A DNA stretch of 64,000 nucleotides from Klebsormidium nitens (lineage: Eukaryota > Plantae > Klebsormidiophyceae). Shown piece after piece: positions 24,282 through 35,600 of this stretch. The position numbers were made by a program, and so were the translations under genes. The notes under the pieces were generated by a model. It was given only the letters and a program-made list of their open reading frames with translations, searched no databases and was not told the origin of the DNA. Location: assembly GCA_000708835.1 (NCBI GenBank), contig DF237008.1, positions 1-64,000 of the forward strand, in the 5' to 3' direction. Numbering within the stretch: position 1 is the first letter of the stretch; each line of letters starts with the position of its first letter.

Positions 24282-25829
24282 GATGCCAAAGCAGTGGAGA
24301 TTTGCTAATCAGTGCAGAACAAGGGCGGTTGCCAATGTAGCCTCCGTTGTGGGAAGAAGGAAGAAGCCAGAGCTAGCAATCTGTGCAGCCCTCCCTTATC
24401 CACCTCCGGACCCCCACTGGAAGAAGAACTCCACCGGGGACTTGTGTCCAGACCGCCGGCATCAACCGGCATCTCCATCAGCTGCTGTAAACCAATTCCG
24501 AAGTCGCTTCTCCCGTTATGGACCCGCCTGTAGCCAGACTCCCTTCCATTTAGAAAGCGGCCACTTGATCGCGGGTCACTGTTAACCTGGGGGTATCGTC
24601 GTGCCGGCGCTTATACCGGGCGGTATCATATGCTCCCCGGTAATTGATCTCGCGGTGGTTAATTCCCTGCTTCATGATTGATTTTGCTGCTTTGCACTGC
24701 AGGCTCAGCCGCAGCGCCAGGTGGCACCTGGGTCCTGTAAAGTTTCCTGGAGGCTGGCCTGTCGGATGAGGTTCGAAAGCACAGGAGCTGAGAGCGAAGT
24801 AGAAGTGGTCTATTGTAATTTGTCTATTGTATAGTATTGAAGAGTTTCCTGGTTCCATGCAACGTCCTGGCAGCTGCTGATTGCGGGTTTTGAGAGCTGA
24901 AGAACGCAATAGACGGTGTCGACCTGTGACAAACTGTTGCTGGCGCATACTGAGCTGGAAGTGCGGTTCCATCGGCCCAGGATTGAGCTGGTGAGTGATC
25001 GATGAGACTGAGCATGCATTTAGAATGCATGCAGTTTTGCCAATGTCCCCTCAGATTACATTTTTCTAGTGCTCATTTTGCCAAGCATTTGAAACATATG
25101 CATCAACGCAATCTGAGGGAATCATAGTTGGAGTCTGCTTTTAAGTAGTGGTCAAGCGGAAAGGCGACATATTGCGATGAAATGCTTGGGGAAAGGAACG
25201 TGTCAAAAAAAGTATATTTTAAAGCGTAGATGCATTCTGTTCTCCTGAAGCGACTCAGCGCATGCTCAACTGTTCAGGGACCTTCAGCACTGATTTTTAA
25301 AGACTCGCAAAGATTGAGAAATTGAGTGAGTCCATCTAGTGGCAGCTTCTTCCTTGTATAAAGGGCTATGCTATTGGTTCTGAAGTCAAGCCCTCAATGT
25401 TTTTGTGGTCCAAAACAGTAAGACCGTAGTGTTTGTGGAATCAAATTGTTCAGGCGCCTGTGAAGGATCACAGATACAAGCAAGTGTCCCAATTCAGTCC
25501 TTCCTCAATTCACTAGAAGCTGGTCAACAGACTTACATAAGAGTAGAGTCTTTCCTAATACAAAGATGCATACTTGGGAGGATCTCTACTCTAACAATCC
25601 ACATATGCAGACACAGACCTTTCCTGTCTTGGTACGGCTGCCTAATATGCTCTCCGCTTCATTCTGCAGATGCTGGAGAACCTTCCTGATGTAGGCCTGA
25701 GAGGGCGCAAGCGGATACAGAGTACCTATCTAGGCCTTAAAAAGTACGGTTTAGAGGTAGTAGGATAACCTGGAGGTGCTTGTGAGCCTGCCGTTTAGGC
25801 CACCATTTCACCAAATCTCTAATTTTGCC

Positions 25830-28800
25830 ATGAACTGCACAGCAACAGCCACAGTTGCCAGAGTTGCGCCACACTTCCCTCACGCCGCTGTCCCAAGCCA
25901 TGATATGTTGACAAGCACAGCGCTAGGCAGGACTCTCCCGCACTGGAGAGCCGCACTCAGCAGCGCTTCCGCAATCTCCTCTGGTCGAGAGGGCTTCTGC
26001 AACACTTACAACAGACAGAGTAGGACCGCGCCTCACTGTAGACAGCCTCAAAGCCGACGGCTTCTTGTAGCTTGCAGTCTTCGAAAAGACAGCCATTCAC
26101 AGCCAATGTACCGCCAACTCCAACCCCCTCCCTTTAAGGATGGTTCCCGTTTGGGTGCTGCCAAAAGTCCCACCTACGGCCTCTTTCTCAATGCCGGCCA
26201 GGGAGGTTTCACAAGAGACGGCAAGTTCAGAAAGTCGTCCTCATTCTCCCCCCCTGTCCGGGCCGCCTCCTCAGGGGCCCTCCCTATCCCTCCGGAAGGG
26301 GACGAAAACGTCATCCGTCCGATCGACGCGTTTGAGGGCCTTCTGGGGGTTGCTGGGGCGGCTCCCAGGGATGCTAGCGACAGGAGAGGGGACGCTGAAG
26401 TCAGCGGTGATGTCAGCAAAGAGGAGGTGCGCAGGAAGGGCCGTGCAGTTGCAGGGGTCAACCAGGGGCGGCTCGTGGAGGCGTGGGAGATCGCGGATCC
26501 TGACAGCCGGTTCGCTGAGTATCGGAAAGTCTACATCCACTACAAGATTGCCATGCCTGGGGGCGCATCATGGACCCCTGTTTCTGGGAGTTCGGCCTCT
26601 GGAGCGGAGAGAGACGCGCAAGGAAAGCTGGTGAGGACAATCGACCGCCTTGGGGGCTCGAACTCGGGCGCCAGCAACTCCCCAGAAAGCGTCTCAGAGG
26701 CACAAGGGAGGAACGAGATTGAGGAGGCGTCCACGTCGGGGCGGCCAGCGTTTCCGACGATTCTGTTACACGGGTTTGGGGCGTCGCTTTTCTCCTGGGA
26801 GAGGGTTCTACAGCCAGTAGCAGAATTGGCGGGCGGCCCCGCGCTCGCATTTGACCGTCCAGCGTTTGGGCTGTCCGCCAGGGTCGAGCCAAAGAACCTG
26901 CCGTTGAACCCGTACAGCGAAAAGTTCTCAGCCGCCGCGACTCTGGCGTTCGTGGACTTTCTGGGAGGGAAGAAGGCGGTCCTGCTGGCGTGAGTAAACT
27001 AAAAGTACATGTTACACGTTTTTTGCGGATGTTTTGGGTTGTCGACTGCTCTTGGACCGCTCAAAGGGCCTCACGCGTCCCACAGATTGCTTGTCGATTG
27101 AAACTGCGACATTGTAGGCAACCTTAGCATTGCTGTCGTCGTGCTAGTCCTGCCTCAGAACTTGCTATGATCAACGACGGCTGTCTCTACCATGAACGAA
27201 GAGCTCATGTGGCCTGATAAGTGGAACGCCTGTGGACTTGAACAACGAATGATACTGACTTTCCGTAATAGTATCCAGTCCGCTTGCCTTCTCTCCGAGA
27301 CAAGCTACCCTCCTTCTGTAGCCGCCTTGGAGAAGGTTCGACGTCAGACGCCCACAGCTTTTTCAGTTGTCTTTTGCAAGACCAGAGTCGAGGACCGACC
27401 TCACGTTCCGCTGTTCCGTTGCAGCCATTCCGCCGGCTGTGTAGTCGCCCTCACGTCGTACTTCCAGGCCCCGGAAAAGATCGCCGCCATCATTCTCGTC
27501 GCCCCGGCCATCTTCCCCAAGGCCGGGAAGCCCTCAGAGCCGCAGCTCGAGCCAGCGGAATCCGCTTCCGGCCCCCAGGTTCCGTTCTGGCAGCTTCCGT
27601 TCGTCTGGATCAAGCGGGCAGCTGCGGCAGTGATTTCTGCCGTCAAGTGGGTTGTGCGGCAGTTCCGGCGGGGTTTGGGAATCTTGGGGCTGGCCCTTGC
27701 GGCAATCGTGGTGCGATCGAGGGCGGCCACGTGGGCGGTGAGACAATTTCTGACCTCTGTTTGGACAATTGAACGGTTGAAGATTTGTGATTGGGTGCCG
27801 CCGCGCTCGATGCAAAGAGCATCGAAGAACTCATTCGCTGATGGGCAGCGTTACTCGACAGGCGTGGTCTGCGGTATGGACGGCTTGTTGCCTTCCTGAG
27901 CTGCAATGTGATCGACGGACTGCATGACTTCCAAGCCTCGCGCTCTTGGTCCGATGTACACACCTTCAAAGACATTCGGCAACGTCAACGCCCCTGGAAT
28001 GAAAGCTTGTTTCAGGCATCCTAAACCGTGGCCAAACATTCAGCCACTGTTTGTAGCCGCACCTGAACGCCCCGACTGACGCACCCCATATCCATGCGTC
28101 AGTGACTGTGCATAACGTGCATTCCTCGGTCGTGTGTGCGGCTTCGCCTCTGAGTGGACCTCTCCCTGCTGACCCCCATCGATGGCCCCTGAGTCGATCA
28201 GTTTTGTCTTTTTTTAAATCACCTATTCGGTGTACGTGCAGCTTCGTCTTGATTACACGCCCCCGATCGACGGCCCCAATGTCATCTTTTTCGATTAACG
28301 CAAATCAATAAAAGCCATCATTCGTGTTTCGTATGTGCAGCTTCGCCTCATCTTGGACCGAGTTGGCGAGGCTGGCGTCAAGTCCGCGTGGTTCGATCCC
28401 GAGGCTTGCACACAGGACGTCCTTGACGCGTACAAAAAAGTAAGTCGTTGTAGCGTCCCTTTGGCCGCCAGGGCTTCTCGTCACCTTGTATACCCGTTTG
28501 CTTTGTTCATCCGTTGCAGAGGGACGCGGATCTCTTCAACGCCGCCAGTGCAATCCTCTTTCAATGTTATCAACGGCACCGTCTTTAGCTTACATCTGCG
28601 ATTTGAGATGCGGAATGAGACGGCTTCGCTTCCTGCTACCGCTTTTATCATGCATGATAAAAGTACACCCGAAAACGACAGGCCAACCAGCCGGCGTCTC
28701 GCTGGAAATGGCCAGGACTAAGGTCGTGATTCGAGGATTGACTGCTTGGCTGTTCTTAGGCAGTACGTCATTGCATCTCAGCACCTTACTCTTGAAACCC

Positions 28801-29697
28801 TGACGCCCCTTGGGATTCCCGACAGCCGCTTAAGGTGCGCGGGTGGGAGCGCGGCCTTCTGGAGTTTGTGCTGGCGACCATGGGGGGATCCCCCGGCTCC
28901 GAACTGCCGCTGGGCCACAGGCTGAGCGAGGTCACGTGTCCAGGCAAGGGCCAATTCACACCACCCCCCCTCCTTTTCGTGGCAAGTGCGATAGGCCCTC
29001 CTGACGAGTGTGCTTAGGAGGTTTCTGTGCCCGCTTTTGAACGTTCAAAGGACCCATTTCTCTGCCTCCTCTTTATTGCAACCGTAGTAGTGTCACAGAC
29101 AGGGAGTTTTCGGCAACCGAAACGTTCGGGAGCGGGCACAGCCCTTCCTGAAAGACAGGCGGCGACACGATTTAGCGAGTCTGCCGTATTATTCTCGCGC
29201 CTTTAGCGTTTCGGGGGTATATTCGGTTGTACATTACGTCGCTCCTTTTCGCGAAGACCCCTCCTTTTGCTGTTGAAAATTTCGAGCATCTCCGCCTTGC
29301 TTCCATTTTTCTTCGCTATAAGAACTATTTCAGATATGTTTCTCTGAAGGAGCCCCGCCACCAAACTAGCTGTCGTAAGCGACCCTCGTGATTGCTGCTT
29401 CGTCACGACGTGTATTTCTTTGTCAATGCCCCTCGCCACAGCTTCGGACAACGCCTAAACCCTTGCTTTCCCGGCGCTCTAGTTCTCGTTGTTACTGGCG
29501 ATTCAGACCGACTCGTCCCCACTTGGAACTCTAAACGGGTCGCCGAGGCCCTGCCCCGAGCGCAGCTGCGGGTGATTGAAAGATGCGGTCATCTGCCACA
29601 AGAAGAGAAGCCCCAAGAGCTTCTCTCCGCAATCAGGGACTTCTTACGAGATCAGTTCGAGAACAGCGGCGAGCAATCCCCTAGTCGTACGTTCTAA
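25830..29697 (+). CDS. Plastid-targeted alpha/beta-fold hydrolase (Abhydrolase_1/6), 5 exons, ~634 aa
   Basis: Exons 25830-26989, 27425-27737, 28341-28439, 28826-28943, 29483-29697. Motifs ILLHGFGASLFSW, AFDRPAFGLS, AHSAG (Ser), VVTGDSDRLVP (Asp), CGHLPQEEKP (His). Ser/Ala/Arg-rich N-terminus resembles a transit peptide. Confidence 0.9.
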
Positions 29698-30646
29698 GCC
29701 ACGCATCGTTTTGCACACGTTGAGTAGTTGACAAGTCGGCGAGACCTGCCGACAGCTATTCAGCCTGTGTCTCAGCATGAGAGCCCGAGCCACGCTGTCG
29801 CTCCAAACAGGTAACCAACTTTTACAATTACTAGGTGCAAAAACTGGATGGTGCCATGCAAGCTCGCAGAGGTAACGTATTGCATTTAAGAGGGCTTACG
29901 CAAGAGCATACACGGCTGGTGTAGATTAGTAGAGATTAGCAATGTGCACCGGCCTACCTAGCTCCTTCTATCCAAAGGAACGCTACAGCATTCTTTGAGA
30001 ACGTATTTGAGTGTAAACTAATCTGTCCACGGTCTCCAACCGGCAAGATTTTGACAATTTGACAGTCCGGCGTCAATCGTCCCCAATTACTACATGCATG
30101 TTGCGACGCTTGTACACTCAAAAGACCGCCATGTCAGATTTTGGTACTTCATGCTCAATTTGAGCTAAGCAGGCCTAAATATATCTGGCGGCATTGAATG
30201 CCGCTCTCGTATCAGGCTTGTGGAGCGAGCTCTGGACATGCCGCGCTGACCGTCAATTATCGATATTGTACAAGATGAGATGTAGTTTGTATCCATTTAT
30301 CGAACATGGACAAGACAACAAGTTGAGATTTTAGACTGGCTCGCATGGGTTGCATGTGGAGCCTCCCAAACTTGAGGAATTTTGTCCTCCGCCAGCTGGA
30401 ACGCATATCATGCGCCCTGCAGATCAGGATCGGTCAAATTCCGACATGTGCACACGATAGCCGAAACCTAAACATGCTCTGCATCATCAAACTTTCTTCC
30501 CGGCAATCAAACGGCTCGGACCATATGCTTTTGAACCTTTTACCGGGCGCGAAGTGGCTGTAAATCAGGCTTCAGCCGGCCCGGGACTCCGCGGCCGCCC
30601 GGCCGGGAGACCTTGAAGTTCCGAAGTTCACTGACAAACATGCAGG

Positions 30647-31174
30647 NNNNNNNNNNNNNNNNNNNNNNNNNNNNNNNNNNNNNNNNNNNNNNNNNNNNNN
30701 NNNNNNNNNNNNNNNNNNNNNNNNNNNNNNNNNNNNNNNNNNNNNNNNNNNNNNNNNNNNNNNNNNNNNNNNNNNNNNNNNNNNNNNNNNNNNNNNNNNN
30801 NNNNNNNNNNNNNNNNNNNNNNNNNNNNNNNNNNNNNNNNNNNNNNNNNNNNNNNNNNNNNNNNNNNNNNNNNNNNNNNNNNNNNNNNNNNNNNNNNNNN
30901 NNNNNNNNNNNNNNNNNNNNNNNNNNNNNNNNNNNNNNNNNNNNNNNNNNNNNNNNNNNNNNNNNNNNNNNNNNNNNNNNNNNNNNNNNNNNNNNNNNNN
31001 NNNNNNNNNNNNNNNNNNNNNNNNNNNNNNNNNNNNNNNNNNNNNNNNNNNNNNNNNNNNNNNNNNNNNNNNNNNNNNNNNNNNNNNNNNNNNNNNNNNN
31101 NNNNNNNNNNNNNNNNNNNNNNNNNNNNNNNNNNNNNNNNNNNNNNNNNNNNNNNNNNNNNNNNNNNNNNNNNN
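30647..31174. other. Assembly gap (528 N)
   Basis: Run of N in the sequence. Confidence 0.99.
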
Positions 31175-31275
31175 CTTTATCGGATCGGCGTGACTTTCCG
31201 ATAAGCAAAGTACCGATAAGGACTTATCGAAAAGTTAAACTTTACCGATCCGATAAGAAGCTTATCGGAAAGTTA
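31175..31275. repeat. Cluster of direct and inverted CCGATAAG/CTTATCGG motifs forming short hairpins next to the gap; possible TE/MITE end
   Basis: cgataag-ga-cttatcg (31214-31229), aaagtt-a-aacttt (31231-31243), ccgataag-aag-cttatcgg (31250-31268); 31177-31188 is the reverse complement of 31245-31256. Confidence 0.55.
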
Positions 31276-32607
31276 AAATGCTGCGGGTGCGAATCGCCCC
31301 TCAGTGTTGCCACGCGCGTTAAAGTTGAAGTTGTAACCCTGTCCGAGTGGACGCTTCAGATGCAACTTCAGAATTGACGGACTCGATGAGGGCGGTCGAT
31401 ATTTCATGCGCGAGCCTGAATTTACCTACCATTTCGAGGAGTTGGACTCAGCTGAGTCGGACGAGTATGCGAGTAGCTTACTCGCCAGTATGCGTCATGA
31501 CGCTCTCTCTGCCTACATGCGCTTTCAGACGTGCGCAAGATGTTCACATTTTCAACTGCATATGCCATAGCCGTTGAGTGCATCATTCATGCGCGTCAAC
31601 TCTGCAGAAGTACGTAGTGCAATGATCATCGATTCGTTGGAGGATAAGGCTTGTTGTACGGACACCTGAGTAGCCAAATTCTTATGGTGGAGGTTGAATT
31701 GCAACGACCAGCAGGCCCATCAGGTTGTCAACTGCCATGTGCTCTTGTCAGATGCAAGCGCCGTTCCATCTTTGCTCCATCATGCATCTTCTGCGATTGT
31801 CAATCCAAGAAACTCTCGAGCCCTCAACTTCAAGACCTAGCAGTGGTAAAAAAGCAATAGATCCTGTAGCAGTGTTAGCAGACGTACAGAGACTAGACAG
31901 GGCTCCTTGCATGGTCAGTCAGACCGGCGTAAACGATCTTACCTCTTGGCTACTCAAGTTAGTTAGGTAGCAGCGCGGGCCTACGTCTAACCATGAAAAG
32001 ATAACATACCTATGAGGTCAATCTTTGCATTTGAGAGCGTTGAGCTGTTTCTCACAAGGTATGTGTACAACCTGCAACATCCGGCTGCTAAATACACGTA
32101 TGATCACAGTGTATCACACTCACGTAGCATCTTTTACCAGTCTGCGGCGCACCACCCAAATTGCAAGCACTTGTACTCCTCTTGGGATGAGCTGAAGTGT
32201 CAATGGCACGCCTTTGTTTCGTCCCAGCTCAATGCAAATACCTGAATCATTAGCAAGTACTTGGAGCATTTCAGCTTTGTGGTCTTACCACCCATCATTG
32301 TTTCAGAGGCAACAAGACGGCAACGCCTACGCTGAGATAAACGCAGCGCTCGCTTGTTGGTGCTCAATCAGCTTGATCTCTGCATGAGGGACGTGTAAAG
32401 CCCATGCATCACTCCACCATTTTTCCAATCGCTGTTCTGCAACTAAACTAAACGGAGCTCTTTATTCTGACGGGATAGCAGGAGCTGATCAATTCTGATA
32501 TCTAGCAGGGACCACTTTACCATACCTTGAAGATAAAGTGAATCACATCAGAGCGCAACCTATCCCTCACCTGGCTAGGAACGTGCCTCGAAAGCAGGAC
32601 ACGTGTC

Positions 32608-35600
32608 ATGGCGCCTTCCCCGAGTAACGCTGCGCGTCAGTCTGTCCGGCTCCCTCAACCGCTGCTTGCAGCTCTGCTCATCTACCTCACACTTTCTCAC
32701 GTGAGCTCTGCTTCAGCTGCAGTGGATGAGTGGGATGGTACAGACGATAAGCTGGACGATTATGCGCAGTTCATGGACCTGGACTCGCAGATCACTTACA
32801 ACGCGCATGGTCATCCGGGGATGGTCTTGGAAGACGAGGAGGAGCAGAGCGAGGTCGGGGGACGTCATCGTTACAACGCGATGCACATCGTCGACGGCAA
32901 GGGCAGCCTGCTCCACATCAAGTATGACGTCCGCACGGTGGCAAACTTGGTGAACCTTGCGAACCATGCGGACGTCATCTCTGGCGTGAGGTGAGGAGAG
33001 GAACTGCGGGTAGAGTTAAGTTGGCACTGCCGTTTGCAAGCTGGATGAGAATGTGCAGAGTAAGCGGCAGCAAGCGCAAGCTCTCTCAAGGTCAAGTCAG
33101 GGGTGAGGCCATAAACAGGGGTGATATGTTTACCCTATCTGGAGCTCAAGTCTAGTTGGAGTACCCACTAGTGTGACCTTTCAACGTAAAGGATAAGCTT
33201 CCGACGTTCGCGCATCAAGTTAGTGAGCTCTGTTTTTACAAACCCCCAACAAAAAGCAATCTCTAATCCTGAATTCGTGCAGAATCTGCGTTCCGAATCA
33301 TGCTTGGTGACAGAGCATTGACTGAGTCTCAAGTAGTCCCTCTCTTGCAAAGGCACCTACCAAACGCTGTGAACAAAATCCGCTTCAAGCTGAGTACTTT
33401 TTTTGGATCTGCAAGGCTCCAGCTAAGCTGATGCAGCCACGTCTTGCTCCTAGGTGCTTTCGAAACGAGCTCCACGTGTCCGTAATCGACGGCGCTCCTT
33501 TGCCAACGTGGCCGACGGGCGCGACTCTGGTGGGGGGCCTGGAGTGGAACTGTACGGACGAGGAGGGGGAGCCGGCGCCTTTCTACCGGCGACTGCTCCG
33601 AGTGCTTCCGGACAACGAAAGCAGTGACGTCATCATGGAGACGCACCACCGAGAGATGGTCCACTGCTTCCGTGGGGCCAAGATATCGTTCAAGTCAGTG
33701 CTCGAGACATCTTTCCATGTGGGCTTGTCTTGTCTGAGCCTGCGCTTTGCTTGAGTGGACTGCCAATCCTTGTGATCTCATTTGAAAGCATGCCCAGCTT
33801 GGTTATGTGTTCCCAGCGCCAAAGAAACTCGAGTTCGAAAAGACCTCATGAACGTCATCCTTAGAGCTTTGGCGTGATCTCTGTAACTAGAAAAAGGCAC
33901 GGATGCGCTTCATAAGAGTGCGTGATTGTTTCCCAAAAGGCGAAGCAGTTTTACTTCCCTTTCCAGTCCGGAAATCAGCTTTCTGAGGTCCTGCAAAACA
34001 GGAGAATTCCTTGAAGAGGTTTGCCGTTGTAACGATATCTCAAACCCGTTTTCCAGGTACAGTATGTGGTACTGATGCAAAAGGCAGCCAGAGATTGGAG
34101 AGTTTTGTCAGGACCGAAAACCTTTACATCTGTTTCCGTCGCAGGTATACTCCCTGCAAGGGGTCCCCCGACAGTCCCGGGGACGACTTACGTCATGCGC
34201 GGCGCAAGCTCTTGCAGTTCGGTTTTGTGAAGACCCTCGTCAAGACCGCCGGTCAAGTTGTGGATGCCGGCGTGTCAGGCGTCAAGAAAATGGGTCAGGC
34301 GGTGGTTATCGCCGCTGACGTGGTGGGAAACCTCGCAATTAACGGCCGGTTCGACTGGCACGGCGGCCAGAACTGGGACTTGTTCCAATTCAACTACGAT
34401 AAGGCGACGCAGCGGGCGGTTCTGCAAAACGATGTGTTGTATGCGAAGACGGCAACTCAGAGCAACGGCTTCAATACAAAGGAGTCCGCGCGCGTCACGT
34501 GCGTCAACTGCTATGCAACGCTGGAGGCGGGAGTGAGCGTCGACATCGTGCTGAAGCGGCAAGTGAGTGAAACGGCCACGTCATTCAGATGGGTGACTCA
34601 ACCTCCTTTTCCTGAGTGCCAGTCTTTGATCACCAAAGCAAATTCTCGTCTTCATTCATATAGACTAAGTTAGCAACCAGAGACGTTGTCAACTTCTCGG
34701 AATTGTCAGCTTCAAGCGTCTAAGTTTCGTTGCAAACTTCTACGTGGAAAGTTGAGTTGAGAAAGTCAATGTCATCTTCTCGGCAAGACAGATTGCTTCC
34801 TGGTCTCTCCTAATGTTGGTCTCCGCTTTTCCACAATTGTCCCACTTTCTGGATCCGTACGCTTGTCTGCAGGTTTAGTCGAGCCCGAATAGATACGAAG
34901 GACCATCAATCCAGCACCCACCACCCCAAGCATTAAACTCCCAACCGATTGCAAAGCTGCTGCAGGCTCCCCCTCGTTTCGCACGGCCTTAACAGAGAAA
35001 CCGCGACCCGAACTTTTGAGACCCTAAACGTTGAGATCTCTGCAGGCGTCGCTCGTCCCGGTGTACCTGGACTGGATGAAGGTCGTTGTGGGCGGCGACT
35101 TCAAGTTCAACGCCGACTTCGACGCGCAGTTCAGCTTCTCCGCCTTCCGCAGCAACTGGAGCAAGCCCATCGGCCCGAACCGCGCGTTCAGCACGCTCAC
35201 CATAATGGCAGCCCCGTGCCGCTCGTCATCCTGCCCAGCATCCAGCTGTACGCGCGCGCGAACCTCGCGGCCGCGGTGCGCGGCGGCGCGACCTTCGGGG
35301 TGGACTACCAGCAGCGGCTGCAGTTCGGGCAGGAGTTCCGCGAGGCGTGGGGGGAGTTCCGGCCGGTGCAACCGGAAGCCTTCGCGCGCCTGAACCTGCA
35401 CCCGCCCACGTTGTCTTTCCAAGGCGAGGCAATGATTGAGGGGCTGCTCATTCTGGAAGTGACGCTGAAGCTGTATGACGCGATACCGGTGGTTATCGCG
35501 CCGGCGCCTTATCTGGGGGTCGAGTTTGCGACGTCGCTAACCCGCATCCAGAAGAGCTGCCCGATCTCTTATAGGATCTACTCCGGGCTCAACCTCTCCC

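Noticed and set aside
30540-31377. ORFs 30540-31208 (-) and 30613-31377 (+)
   Set aside because: Artefacts of translating through the N gap.
31330-31570. Start-less open frame (…DGLDEGGRYFMREPEFTYHFEEL…) with small palindromes
   Set aside because: No splice context, start or recognisable family; could be a relic.
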